Part shown: positions 40,271-54,204 of the stretch, one piece after another
Layout of the letters: each line of letters opens with the position of its first letter
Numbering within the stretch: position 1 is the first letter of the stretch
From: Camelus ferus
Lineage: Eukaryota
Assembly (NCBI RefSeq): GCF_009834535.1
Contig: NC_045697.1
Span: 52,702,001-52,766,000 of the forward strand
Length of the DNA: 64,000 nucleotides
Direction: 5' to 3'
Translations under genes and position numbers: made by a program
The notes under the pieces: generated by a model
The model's input: the letters and a program-made list of their open reading frames with translations, nothing else
Database searches by the model: none
Told to the model about the DNA's origin: nothing

Positions 40271-40619
40271 AAAGGTCAAGCTATATATATATATATATAG
40301 AAAATAATTATTTTGCTAACTATTTTCATGGTAATAGTATATTTAAAGAATAAACAAAACACTAGCTTCAAGGTCAAGCATATTTGGGTTTTTAAACCCT
40401 AGTCCTAATCAGTGACTCATACAATTTTCTGAACTTTTGTTTTCTAGTACAGAAGACAGAGACACTAACTTCTAGGATTGTTTTCAACATTATAAAAAAA
40501 TATAATGCCTAACAAATTTTAAATGTTCAACATACTTCGTACACCTTCAATATTTTTCTAGGAATGTTTTCAGTGTGGGGATACCTAAAGCAAAAATAAA
40601 TAGTAATGCAAAGTCAGGA

Positions 40620-43600
40620 TTCATGGCCAAACATAACTATTTATTATTATTTTTAAATAAACATTCAGTTTCTTCCTTTTAAAAAAACCCTAAAATTTAA
40701 ATATTTCCAATCCCATCACATACAAGTCTGTATACATTATTTACATCTCTCAGTTAAAACATATTACAGATTCTCTGACATTCAGTATCCTCCTTTAAAA
40801 CAAAAATGATGAAGCAATTGAAGTTTGATCAATGACGACGACAATTTGAGTAATCTTGGCACAGTTTACAATATGGCGCCCACACTGCATTTCAGGTGTT
40901 AGACCATTTTTTCCCCTTCCAGCTACTTTACTACAGAGAGGAACTGTCCATCTCCAGGAGAGCAGGGTCCTGTCCTTACTCATGTTCTACAATACTTGCA
41001 GTGTGAGTGCTGCCTCTTGCTTCCATTTCTGGCACTGGCAGTTTTGTCCTCAGAAATGATCCTATTCAAACTTTAAGTGGTCTCATGTTTATTGTACTCT
41101 CTCTCAACCTAGATTTCATGATGCTGTTGGTAGATTATTTTAAGTAGTGATGTATAGGAAAAGTTCAAATAAAATAAAAGTTTTCCTCACAAGATTAGTG
41201 CCATTACCAACCTACTTATGCATGTACAAAAATAACAAATACAATTTAGTGGCTGTAAAAAACTATTTCCCCTAAAAATAGTTATCTCTGCAGAACAATT
41301 TAAGGAGAGAAGTGTTCTTAAAATGAAAATGTGTTCATCTATTTCACAACCTGCACAATTAAGTAAACAAAAAAATGAAAACGTGCAAATCTGTAAGAAA
41401 CACCCACACATATAAGAATTTAATAATATGTAACAAATTAAATATTAAAATTTTAAAATTATATCACTCATAATCTCAGCTTCTGTGACAGAAAGCAAGC
41501 CATCAACCACAACCAAAAATGCTTATGTTAAGTTGTATCTTTCAACACTTCAGCTGCAAACTATGTACTGAAAGCAATTACTTCAGAATCACTAACAATG
41601 AGGACCTACACAATCAACCTGTTTTGTTTTTCATGTTTGTGTGTGTGTTGCGGGGGTACGGGGTGGGGGCAGTGTAGAAGATGACAGGTAAACATACAGC
41701 TTGGAAAGGCCAGTGAGTTCGCTCTGAGAATTGTAATCCAATGTTCTCTATTGTATAGTATTTTAATAGGAAAAGAAATTTGCATCACACCTGCAAAACT
41801 GAGAGTACTCAGTATTTTAATGTTACTTTCTCTCTTTTGTCAAAATTTAAGTTCCAGTTCAGCTACAAGTGGCAGACATGGAGCACAGTTTTATACTTTC
41901 AAAAATGAATTTTTCTCCATGATGAGCTCATTATGAAAGCCTCAAAAATTCAAATTGTCTGCAGTCAGAATTGTTATATCTCAAAATTAAACTTTTCCAT
42001 TAAATCTTGAAATAGCTTTACGTCTAAATAAGTATCTCATACACCATTAAACTGATAGCTTAATTCCTATGGTGAAACTTAATATTATGACAAAACTCTG
42101 ATACTTAAATTATTTTAGGAGTGGTCCTTCAAGTATAGATCTAGAATAGTGTTTCTAGGAATTGGTATATTCCTTAATATCCCAGGTAAGTTTCAAAATA
42201 AGTTTTCCTCTTGGTAGGTAGTGACAAATATACTTCTTGTCCTGTATCTTTAAAAAGATGTTCAAAATGTTAGTTATAAATGACATATAAAATGATTATA
42301 CAATTTGAAATATTATATCTGTGATACACACTTAAATTCAGCATAATTAATACACAAAATGTATTCCAATTTCTTTGTACAATGATCTCCACTCTTTAAA
42401 TTGTTCGTTTGAGTGAAAATAAGTTTTAAAAAAAGGGATGGAGGTAAGTTGTTTCCTTAAGCTACTCCTATCTTAAATATTGGATTTTTTTTTTTTTTTT
42501 TTTTACTATCCGTTCAATCAAAACTATCCTACAGTAATCAAGGTATGATCCAAAAGTTATCAGGGAAAGGAACAAAAAATAGAAAATTTTAAAAAGACTT
42601 TGATTTTTTAAATTATTATATTTAACTGTAAAATAATTAAATTTTTAAAAATAAAATAAAACTTATACATCCAAATGATACTACTTCAAAGTAGTGACAT
42701 CAGGAAACTACTCCTTTATTAAACGATGCTACAAATCAATGCTCAAAACATTTTCTTCTGCAAATTCAGAGCCCATGGCAGTATTTTGAATGTCCTTAAC
42801 AGTTTAGTTCTAAGAAAACAGCCAAAGTAAAGTTGTTTTGGTGAGTGAGACAGGTCATATTAAGCTTCCAGTAAAGTTTTTGGTTCAACTAAAATGATAA
42901 AATAAACTTTCTTGCAAAGTCATAAACCGATTCTCAAGGGATCTCTGAAAGTGTTCCCAAAACATTTATACCTTTGCAGCATTGCTAGAAGTAGACCTGC
43001 CAGAGAAACCACTCTGAAGATCAACTCTCACCTGGATGTTTAAGATATGACACTTATTTTAAAAAGAAGTCCTACAACTTAAGAATTGTACCTCATATAC
43101 TTCACCATTTCAGTGGTTATCAAAACCTCTCTCAGAGAGGGTGTAGGCAAAGGTATAAAAGAAATCTGTCATTTTGCTATTTTACCATAAGCAAGAAAAA
43201 TGCTAATACAGAAAATGGAGTGTGATGATTACATGTAAAATACAGATATCTACATTATCTGTAATTCCTGAATATAAGAGATGCAGTGCTTTCTCTTTCC
43301 TGATTAGCCAGGCAGTAACTCACACTGAGACACATTTATTAGACACCAAACATGCCTTCTCCTACCTAATTTTATGCTGACCATTGAGCATTTACAAACG
43401 ACAAACAATGGTACAAAGAGATAAAAATCTAAAATTTTTCTATTTAAGGTAAACTGACCTCCAAATTCTCTACCAGCTGACGACCATATCCTTACTGTTT
43501 AAGTGCAGCCTAATGCCATGGTTTTTATGGAAAACAGAATTAAGCCAGCAAATGAAAACCAGTAGCACCACCTACAGCTAATGAAAAGATTTTCACTCTT

Positions 43601-46332
43601 TCCTATTAATTTCTTTCCACCACCATTACTCTACCATTTAAAAGAATTCCTAAAAGTTTCTCCATATCAACATTTAAACAAAGCATTGTGACAAATATAC
43701 TGTGTTAACTTACTACTTTATATTTTATGCTTTCATTAGCAGATGAGAAAACAACTTCTGCTTCATATCTCTGTATGAAGAGTAGGGGGTGGGGCAGAGC
43801 ATTATCCCAGTTATTTATAAATTATATAAAGAGATCTGGAAAGAATCCAACAGGTGTTTACAAGCAAACTCTATTGTAAAACCAAGATTTGATCCTTATT
43901 TTATAAAGGGGAGCTTACTAATGATCATGGGAACCAAATGAATCAAGGCAACTTTTTTTTTTAAATCAGTTATTTCTCACATGCTGTGGTGTTTCCTTAC
44001 TTGCACCCATGTTAACACCATGTACAATGCCAGGCCTCTCCCTGGGAGAACGTCTCTACTTTGTTACTGTATATACACATACATTATCTCCTTACTTCCC
44101 AATACCTCTGTTTAAAGGAATACTCAGAAGCAGGCACCTGAGATTCTGGCACAGTGACAAGAAACTCATCTACATAGAGTGGAAAAGTAGGTCCTACTAC
44201 TAAACATTAATTTATCATTAATTTATAATAACATTTGTGTACAGTGTACTACTGTATAAGGCTTAAATGAGCAAAAACAATTTCTCACTTTCCTCTCCAC
44301 ACTTGGCTATTGCAACTCCTTGATTACTAGGTTGATATGAGGTCAGATGCACTATGGAAGACTACTTGAATAATTATGTGGTTCATTTTCCTAGTTAGAT
44401 AGGACCCAAAAATCACTAGATACCAAATTTTATTTGTGAATCAAACCACAGTGGCTGATATTATATATATGCATACTAAAAGATTTGTTTTAAGGAAATC
44501 AGCTAGTTCTCACTGAAGTTTATAAGTAAGTATTGCCAATGAATGTCCAGTATTATTTGTTTCTGCCAGGCTTTCCTGTTACTTCTACTGTTGGTACTTG
44601 GAGAATGATTGCTAGAAATGAAATGGAGAAAAAGGCAGTTCCTAGTGATCATAATTGTAATGGCATTAAACTGTATCACTGCTCTACATGTTAATGGTAA
44701 AAACAAACTGATTTCATCTTAGATTCTTTTCTACTGTTTTTAGTCTATACAATTTCAGAGCAAGATTTCTATTCTACAAGGAGAAAGGTATATATTTCTA
44801 ACTGAAGGAAGAGGATATATTTCTAACTGAAGAAAACAGATTTACTAGCAATGACAAAATTAAAACTGGAAGTCTAAAAAGGACATTTCTCAAGAGTAAC
44901 ACCAAAGTGAAAAACATTAATATTTATTTTAAAAACTAAGTTTCTGAACGTTTTACTTACAGGAATAGTTCACTAGAGAGTCATGGCAAAAAAAATGTAA
45001 AAGTTAATAACTACTAATTTAGCACTTTGTTTGATATCACTGCAAAGAAAAAGATTTCCTTTCACAGTGGAAAAATCAGAAGTCAGAATACTTCAAATTG
45101 GGCCTAAAATAAGCAAAGAAGGTACTGTATCATTTTAAAATGACAGGCAAACACCAGCTCCATTCACTGAATGGAAATGCTGGAAAGTGATCAATTTCCC
45201 TAAACAGTCCTTAAATTCCATGTTTATGTCTATACCTAAAATTAATAATTTATTTTTAACTTCTCATGGAAGTCGATTCCTAAAAGGAAGTCTCTAAGAC
45301 TTTGTTTACAAGGTATTGATTAAAATCTTCATGCCATTCTACTCAAGGGTTCTGAGACAGGGCTTTCTTGAATTTGACTCCTCATATTTAATCCCATCCA
45401 TAATGTCCCTACAAACTAACCCCCACCTCCCCCCAACCAAACACACACTCCTATCCCCTCCTCTTCAAAGTAGAAGGGGATTCTGCAGACTTATGGCTCA
45501 TTTGGCAATTGCTAAGAAACCTCACAGTTCAGCATCACCTCTGAAGACGGCAAACCTCTGTATAACCTGAATTTTTACACCTACAGTGCAGTTAACATGT
45601 AGAAAGAAGCCAAAATGTAATGGGTATTACATTTCAACATCTTCAAGTTTCAATATCACAGATATCAAGAGATGGAAAAGACCTGCTTGTAGAACTTTAA
45701 ACATCTGTTGAACAGAATTACCGTAATATCAAAAATAATTAAGAAATACTAATTTTTTTATGCTCTACATGCACACCTTTACAAATTGTGTTTCTTTAAT
45801 GTAGTAAAAGCTGGAGATCACCAATTTAGGTAAACTATGGCTTTTATCAATAGATATTTTAAAACATGCATCAGTAAGTGCCCTGGGTAGTAATCCTAAT
45901 ATTGTTTCAAGCCCTGTTCAGTTCTGTGTCTGTGCTTTGCACCTCAGAAGTGAGCCTGCCAAGGCACTTAAAAACATAAGTCTTTTGGGGACTTCAAAAA
46001 TCTGCCACAATTTGCACAATGGAGAACCCCCATCCATCAGCAGTCCAATCGATAAGCATTTTCTTTCAACATACAATATTATCAAAAGTTCCCCAAGTTA
46101 AAAAAAAAATACTGTATGACACTAAGACAAAATTTATCCCTATCAAATGTATGTTCTTGGCTTCCTCTAGCAATAGAATATGGTTTCATTTATTCAGAAT
46201 AAGGAAAAAGGAGCCCAAACAAATCCCCCAAACCTAACACAAAAACAACCAAGATAAAAATAAAATACAATAAAATCCAAATACACTCCACACAGCTTCA
46301 TTTGAGGAACAATTTGCCAGATCTGCATCCTT
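40620..46332 (-). other. MOB1B: Long MOB1B 3' UTR (~5.7 kb, approximate end)
   Basis: Repeat-poor AU-rich tract after the TAA. Minus-strand AATAAA at 40640-40645; a more distal candidate at 39739-39744. The end position is inferred. Confidence 0.55.
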
Positions 46333-46410
46333 TTATCTGTCCTTTGAGGTGAGTTTTTCAATCAGTTCTTGGAGTGGTGCAAGTTCTCTTCTATCAATAA
46401 GGTTGAATTC
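46333..46410 (-). CDS. MOB1B: MOB1B last exon coding part (78 nt)
   Basis: CAG acceptor; encodes EFNLIDRRELAPLQELIEKLTSKDR*. Confidence 0.97.
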   Translation of the reverse strand, partial: EFNLIDRRELAPLQELIEKLTSKDR

Positions 46411-48811
46411 CTGTGCATGACAGAGGCAGAAGAAACAGGAAAAACGCATTATTTACAAAACAGATTTCCATTAACATTTGTCAGATGTTTTTTTCAAAAG
46501 AATTTTTTTTCTATTCCCTAGCTCTGTGTCAGGCAAATCAATTAACCACTTCTGATATGTTTTACATCTGTAAAAATCTTAGGATAAATCCTCCCACCTA
46601 ATAAGGTTATTGTAGGAACTAAATGTGATACTGTGTGTTAACCACTTCATGTAATCCCTCACATGAAGTAAACACTCAGTAAATGTGAGTTGCTGCTTCC
46701 TGTTAAAAGGAATAACCTAGGCACCATTTGTCAAAGAAACAGGGTCTAAAAAATCTAGCATCTCAGGCAAATTTCAGTACTATATGAAGAGTAAATAAGT
46801 TAGTTTATGTCCTAAACGAACATACATGCAAGCTACCATAATATGTGGTATGAGAATAACATGAATAATATGGAGTCCACAAATGATAAATAAAATCCTA
46901 TAAAGAACAAATAAGAAAGCCTGTGTTTATGTACATCTTTAGAAGTTCCACTACTGTCATTCTGAAATTCTATTCTGAATAGATTTCCCCTGAACAATAA
47001 ATTATAAGGCTAATGAATAGAGGCTATCAATACTTCTGACCTTTTGATATTCTGCCATGGTGGGGCTTTCTGAGTTCCAGTTACACTCATTTATTAGCAT
47101 CCACCATGTGCCAAGCATTACAGTAAGTACTGGAGAGAAGCATTAAGGGGTACTTAATAGCAAGCCTACTCCTAAAATTTGTGGGGTCTGGACCAAGAAC
47201 ACAAATGGATATATATCACATGACTAAGTTATTTTATTTTACATTAAACTAATATATTAATATATTGTTAATATATATTTGATTCTCCTGCATTGACATA
47301 TATATACCTTCACAGTGGCCAGGAAACAGATTCAAATTTTGAATTCTTAAGATAGTTCAGGATTCTGTACTGGAAAGCAGTGACATAAAGAGCCAGTCCC
47401 TGGTCCTCAGCAAACCTCCCTGATCTACCTAACCCCAGTTCCTTCCTGCACTTCAAAGGGCCTCACATGCCCTTTGTGTGGACATCCTGGCGGGCTTATA
47501 AAGACAATGTCCATGCAACTTACAACCAACTGCCATCTGGGTATCCCTAAGGTCTAGAGATACGGATATGCATCAGAGATAGGACCTTCCCTCGAAAGAG
47601 AGAACCAAAGGAAAAGATCCACACAGACCCTAGAAATACACTTGGGACCATGTGGGCAGGGAATTCTGAATCTCAGAATGCCACATGTTAATCTCTTTCT
47701 ATTTGCTAGGAGTTATCATACAGTAAGGTAAAACTAAAACTGTCTGGTGGGAGAATATCCTCTCCCAAACCACTAAAACCTCAAGCAGTTATGTTCTGCC
47801 TAAACCAAAGCACAGATGCAAACTTTAGGATAACATTTTCTTTGTTTCTATGGGTGTCTGTAGAAGGGATACCATAGTAAAGTAATTGGTCAGAGCAACA
47901 GTTTTGGCAAGTTATGATCTCCTAAAATTTGTTTGTATAGGTGAAATTAAAATATGAAATGTGTGCCCTGTGTGTGAGGAGTGTGTATAGAGGGAAAATA
48001 GACAAATTTTTCTTTATGGAGATGGGCATAGGGAAGGTATTATCAGTTTATGCCCACAGATATACAAAAACAACACAGATTCAAGCCTTGGACTTCTCCT
48101 GCTTACCATCTCCCTTCTCCAACCTCCACCAAAAAACAGCTGGTCAGCTTATGCATTTCTACCTCCTTTTCACTCCTACCTCTTAGTTCTCTAATTATTA
48201 TAGGAGGGCAAGAATAGCCTCACTCCTCTAAGTCTACATCTCTAAGGCCAGTTCTCTGAGAACTAAAGAGAGAAGAAAGAGGAGGTCAACTAAGGAGGCA
48301 GATCAAAGATTAATGGAACTCTGGAATATGAATGCTCTTTGGGACATTTTTCCCCCTTTGGAATAATGGACAGTACCTAACTTAAAAATTACTTGATATA
48401 TTGTTTCAAAAAGGAAGAAAAAAAGGTGTGATACTTAAGAGTCCATTTCCAGGCCAGAGTATGCTAAAGAAAGTCCAGAGCAGACAGGAACTGAGGGTTA
48501 AGAGAAGTAGGACATGTGCTCAGAGACCAAGTTCATGTATATGTCTACCAAACTAGCCAGGTTTCATATTGAGTTGCTCCATTACGGCCTGTGAACTGAA
48601 GCAAATCCAAGCTAAGACCTCTCAGATTCACTGTAGACTTGCAATGGAATCAGAAACCAACAGCCAGTCTCTGTCATCATGGCATGTATTAAAGAGGATG
48701 GAGACAAGAGAGATACGGCAAATTTTATCCTGACGTTGTGGATTCATTCACCTCATAACTCTGCAGATAACTGCTTTCACTGAGGAAAAACAACCTCCTA
48801 ATCCAACTTAC

Positions 48812-48975
48812 CTGGACAAAAAAAATAAAGTGCTTGAAAGATGTATTGAGATGTGCTTCCTCCTGAAGCTGGATCACAGGGTCAAAATGCTGATGATAAA
48901 TGTGAGCATAAACCCTAAAGAGGCGTTTGAGTATAGTTTTTGCCACAGACATGAAATTTTTCGGGAATGGGACAC
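48812..48975 (-). CDS. MOB1B: MOB1B penultimate exon (164 nt)
   Basis: TAG acceptor, GTAAG donor. Encodes [60 protein letters not shown] is MOB1B-type rather than MOB1A-type. Confidence 0.97.
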
Positions 48976-51023
48976 CTAGAAAATAGATACACAATCCCTT
49001 CTATTAAAAACAAGAGACAAGAGCAAAGCAATATGAGTTTGTCAGCAAACGGTAACATAAATTACCAAGACAAGGCTGAAAATAAGAAGTATTTGTGAAT
49101 TACTACTTAATATACCTGTTGTACTTTTCAGATGTTCTCAATATATCATGAATGATAATAAACTTTAACACTTCTATGGAATAAGAACTAGTCTTCAACA
49201 TAGCCCTTTAGGTCTCTAATGTGTCACCACTTTACCAAAATGAAACTAATAAATGCCTAAGATGGTAATGGAGCTAAAACACATACTCAGATCTTCAGAT
49301 TACTTATGCTGAACACAAATAATGTATTAATCATGTTCAGTTTTGTTTAAAATGCCTGTAATATATTTTTTCTATGGAAATGTTTTCATTACTACTCCAG
49401 ATCTACATTTACCTGAAATTAGCTGCAGTCTCTGCTCAATTAGAGAGATTTCTTTTATGAACTGAGCACTTTTACAGCATTAAACAAATACAAAACTGGA
49501 AAAATACAAAATTCCATATCCTTTGTTAAACTGGCTAAATGATCCAGATTGGCAAAACACAACCAAACACCAGTACTTCTGGACTCAATGTCATCACATT
49601 GCCTACTGCTCATTTAAAAATAGTATATAGGTCACAAGAAAACGTAAGACAAACCAACATGAAGGAACACTATATAAAATAGTATGCCTACACTCTTCAA
49701 AAAATGTCAGTGGTCATGAAAGATCAAAAAAGACTGAAGTATACATATTTCACATAAAAGTAGGCTAAAGAGACATGGCACTAAATGAAAATAAATGTCA
49801 AAGATTTTCTTTTGCTATAAAGGTTATGACTAGGAAATACTGAAAGATCTGAATAAGATATTTAAATTGGATAACAGTATTGTATCAGTGTTAATTTCTT
49901 GATTTTGATGGTTATACTGTGATTTTCTAAGGAAATACACATTGAAGCACATACAGGTAAAGGGACATCATATATGCAACTTACTCTCAAACAGTTTAGG
50001 AAAAAGAGAGAATGTGGGGTGGGGAGGGATGGAGAGGGAGAGAGAAATCAAATGTGTTAAAATGTTGGCAACTAAAGAATCTGGAAGAAGGATATATAAA
50101 GATTCTTTGCACGAGTCTTACAAATTTTCTAAAAGTCTGAAATTGTGTTAAAATAGAAAGTTAACAAATATATTATGGAAGATAAAAAATAAGATGAGGG
50201 CACTTATCCCAAACCATTACTATGTATATAAGAAATGCAGTGTAGAAAAGTAGTAGACCTTTTATTACAAAAGCTTCAAATAGTTAAAGCATTCAATAAA
50301 TGTGTTTAAAACAACCCATAATAACAGCAAATATTTACACTGCTGTCTCCTCCACCACATACTTCTCCCCAAAACTAAAAAAAGCATAAAATACAGTCAA
50401 AAAGTCAAGAAGGGCAAATTCCTAATTTTTTCAGAAAACAAAGTTGTAAAGAGTTTGACATGGTAAAATCATATGAACTCTCTAAATGTAAACAATTTCC
50501 ACTTGAAAGGTCAGTCCTCCTTAAGAACAAATATTAAAAAAGCAAGTGTCACTCAGTTGATAACAGGCTCACCCCTCAAATCTTCTTGTTTTCTTCTCAC
50601 CTAGCCTGACTTCACAGTCTGTAAGGTTCACACTGTGGGTCATGAATACAAAAACCCTCTTTGCCATAAAAATAATATATAACTGGTTTAAGGCATATAA
50701 ACTCCCTTCCCAAACAAAAAAATGGATATGACTGCAGCAGATGATCCAACGTCTAGTCTCTTTTTTTCCTAACACAGGCCAGATTTGTTACCATCCAAGA
50801 TGCACTGAAGTTCTTACCATTTAAAATTATAGGGAGGTTTACTTTAATGTTCATGACAAACTTGGTGTGAAAAAGATAGGACTCTTTAAAGTTTATAACA
50901 TTAGGAATATTTTGATAGGTATGGTAATTTAGCATGGTTCCTGGAATAGAGAGCCAATAAGCCCTAGAAATGCGTGAAATTACATAAATCATGATGGATC
51001 CCAGTTATACAAAACAGTTATAC

Positions 51024-51157
51024 CAATTTTTGATGGAAATAATGTCTCATCATCCAACTGGTCCTGAACCCAAGTCATCAGGTAATCAATATACTTTGGT
51101 GCAGAGCACTTAATAGGCTTCTTTATGTTTGTTCCATCTGCCCAATGATACTCATAT
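51024..51157 (-). CDS. MOB1B: MOB1B internal exon (134 nt)
   Basis: CAG acceptor, GTATA donor. Encodes YEYHWADGTNIKKPIKCSAPKYIDYLMTWVQDQLDDETLFPSKI(G). Confidence 0.97.
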
Positions 51158-53686
51158 CTGTAGTAGAAAGATAAAAAGCACACAGACCATCAGTATATAC
51201 CTATACATAGTATGTATATTTTTTAAATTACATATGTATGTTTATTATGAATGTATTCAGGATATATTTTAAACAATCTGCTCCTCCAAAAAAAGATTTT
51301 TTGCATATGACATTTAAATCTAGCCATTTTTAAATTGGTACTGGACTGTTCTGCATTTATCAGGATGCAACCTAAGCAGATCCCATCAAATTCATTTTTT
51401 ATGAGCTTTCCTTCATATATAGCATTTGTATTTTAGAATCACACATAGTATAAATTACCATAGTAGAAAACCTTTTTTACCTCCCATCTTTATGATTATT
51501 TTTCTTCTTCAAAAATCATTTCTCTTTAGGCAGTACAATTCTTTTTAACTTGGGGCTTTAAATTGTGGGTTAAGGATAGAGAATAACACAGACATGTCAA
51601 AGTAAGGTGAATGTAGAAGAGAATGATTTTATTTGAATACATTTGGTTGAGGAGCTAAACATGCCTTTGAGGAAAACTGGCAACCCAAATAAAGATGCCT
51701 ATAGTATTTGGGTATTAACCTAACACAGTCCTTTGGTATAATAAACATTTAATGTGCACCTACCATGTGAGAAATACTGTGTCAAGGAATACTGTTCTTG
51801 AACAAGGGACACTAAGATAAAAGACATTTTCTCTACTCTCAAGGAGAAGAGACAGAGAAGACAAACTTGTAAATAAGCATGTAAAAATAGTACAACAGAA
51901 TGCTAATAAATTATACACATACATACAAACACACACACACAACCACAACCCAACCTGATTTTTAAGATAAGAAATAAGCATGCAGCTAAAACTCTAAAGT
52001 ATAAAAATGTCTAAACTAAACTAGCATTTAGTTTTTTAGTTTCTGAAAGGCTCTCTCTCCCACTTCGCTTCTCTCTTTGAAGCAACTGTGTTTTTCTAGC
52101 CTCATCCCAGAGTTTGAACTGATATAATGATGGGTGAGTAAGCCTAGTAAAGGAACTGAAAGGAATATAATGGAAAAATATGACAGGGTATTTTGAACAA
52201 TGAAAATTATCTTGCAATAGGACAAATAAGGATGCTTCCTATTTAATCATAGCTACTTACATTTGAACAGTAAACCTTAAACAGGATATACATGAATAAA
52301 CTTTCTAACAGCATACCTTATTGCCAACCCTGGGCAACAGGGATGCAAGTCAAGTCTACTTTGAAGGTCTCCAAGTGGAGATTCCCCGACATTTCTTGGC
52401 ATCCTGTTCCACTATTTAATCACTTTCCCAGTCAAGACAATCTTCCTAATATAAAACAAGTCTTGACTGACTTAAGCCCATTCTTGTTTCAATCTCTCAG
52501 GAGACAGAAAACATGACTTTTAACTATCATTACTTATTCTTCACTTTAAGACAGGAACTCACCCATGTCTTCTCCCTTATGTTAAGAAACCTTAATGTCT
52601 TTACCTTTCCCTTATAATCATGTTTTCCATTTTATTAATGATCCTCAGGTGTTCCATAGTCATTTTTAAATGCAAAAATCAAAAGCAGACACAGTAATCA
52701 AAAAAATCATTTTCAATATCCTGAAGCTTTATAAAAAATACCAATTTTCAATGTCTTAAGGATTTTTGAAAAATAAAACAAAAATATATTGCTTATACTT
52801 CTAGAGTTTATAACTGTGATTCCCTGATTCTTTTTCTTTTGTCATGTTTATACTTAAGATGACTTCATCTTGTAACTCTCTTTTGCCCCCATTGACTTTT
52901 TAATTCCACCTCTGACAGACTACTGTCTTTGAAATTTATTTCTGTTATCATGGTACGAACTTATAAACTGCAAATTCTAAAATATTCATTTCTTAGTTAA
53001 TAATAATAAATAGTAACTAGGAAAAAATTCTATGAGCCATCACTCAATACCACTTTGCAAGGAACCAGTGCTAACCAGCTTTTTTAACCAGCTATTGGCA
53101 AATACTTCTCCTTGGTACAATCCTGAGCATCTGCTGGTAAAGATGGTAAACCACGGCAACAGCTGCATCTTCTCAGCACTAACAATGGGCAAAAGGAAGG
53201 AAGAAGGGCAGGTAGAAGAAGAGGTGGAGGGAGGAAAGAAAGGAAGTTAGGGAGATGGAAGGAAGGAGATCACTTCTCATTTTTGTAGTATCTATAGAGA
53301 TCCCGTGCCTGTTACTTCTGAAAATGTAGGTACATTCCTCCTACACCAGCCATTTAGATAACGTTTCTCTGGGGAAAGTGACAAGGGCAGTATTCTAAGT
53401 GGCAGTAATTCTTCCTAGTTCACAGGAACAGGATATTGGTGTAATATCAGAAAAACCTCCCAGTAAAATACTAGTCAACTACAAAAGGGGAAAAAATGAC
53501 AAATTTTAGGTGAAGAAAACTTGCAGACACTAACATGAAAAGGTAGTCAGGATTAACATCAATGGTGATGGGATGGTCCACGTATACGCCTCCTCACATG
53601 GTCCCCTGACAAAGAAGGTATCATTTCTGTGGTGTTCCACCAAAATGCACCGCCTGAATGTGATCATAAGGAAACATCAGATAGAC

Positions 53687-54204
53687 TGTAGCAGGGGTCC
53701 TGAAAACCACCTCCAAGTGCAGTGATTTGCAAAGAGGACTTACAGAACTCAGCTTCTGGCTATACTCACAGCTATGATTTATTACAATGAAAGAACACAA
53801 ACCAAAATCACCAAAAGTGACAAAGCCCAGAGGAAACCAGACACTTGCTTCCAAGAGTCTTCTCCCAGTGGAATCACACAGGCCACACTTTATTCTCTGA
53901 AAATTGACACGTGTTAAATACTTCCCACCAGGGAAGCTTATTAGAGACTCGATGTCCAGGTATTTTACTGGGGGATGGTCAAATAGGCATCTCTGCATAG
54001 CACATACTAAAATTCCACACTTCAGAAGGAAAGCATAACCTATACTGTATGTACAAAAATGGCACAGAGAGCCACTCTTAACAGTTAGGGTGATAGGAAC
54101 TCTTCAAAATTCCAAGTTCCAAGATGCCATCCAAGGGTCAACTTGGTAAATAGGCCTTTAAAGAGATGGCAGTCAGAATTGCAATGTTAACTCTTGTCTG
54201 TACA
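53687..54204 (-). mobile_element. Solo LTR (MER21/MER77-like) nested in an old L1 3' UTR fragment (~53455-54660)
   Basis: TG...CA termini; GATTTATTAC, CCAGAGGAAACCAG and TTAACTCTTGTCTGTACA resemble the recalled consensus. Confidence 0.7.
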
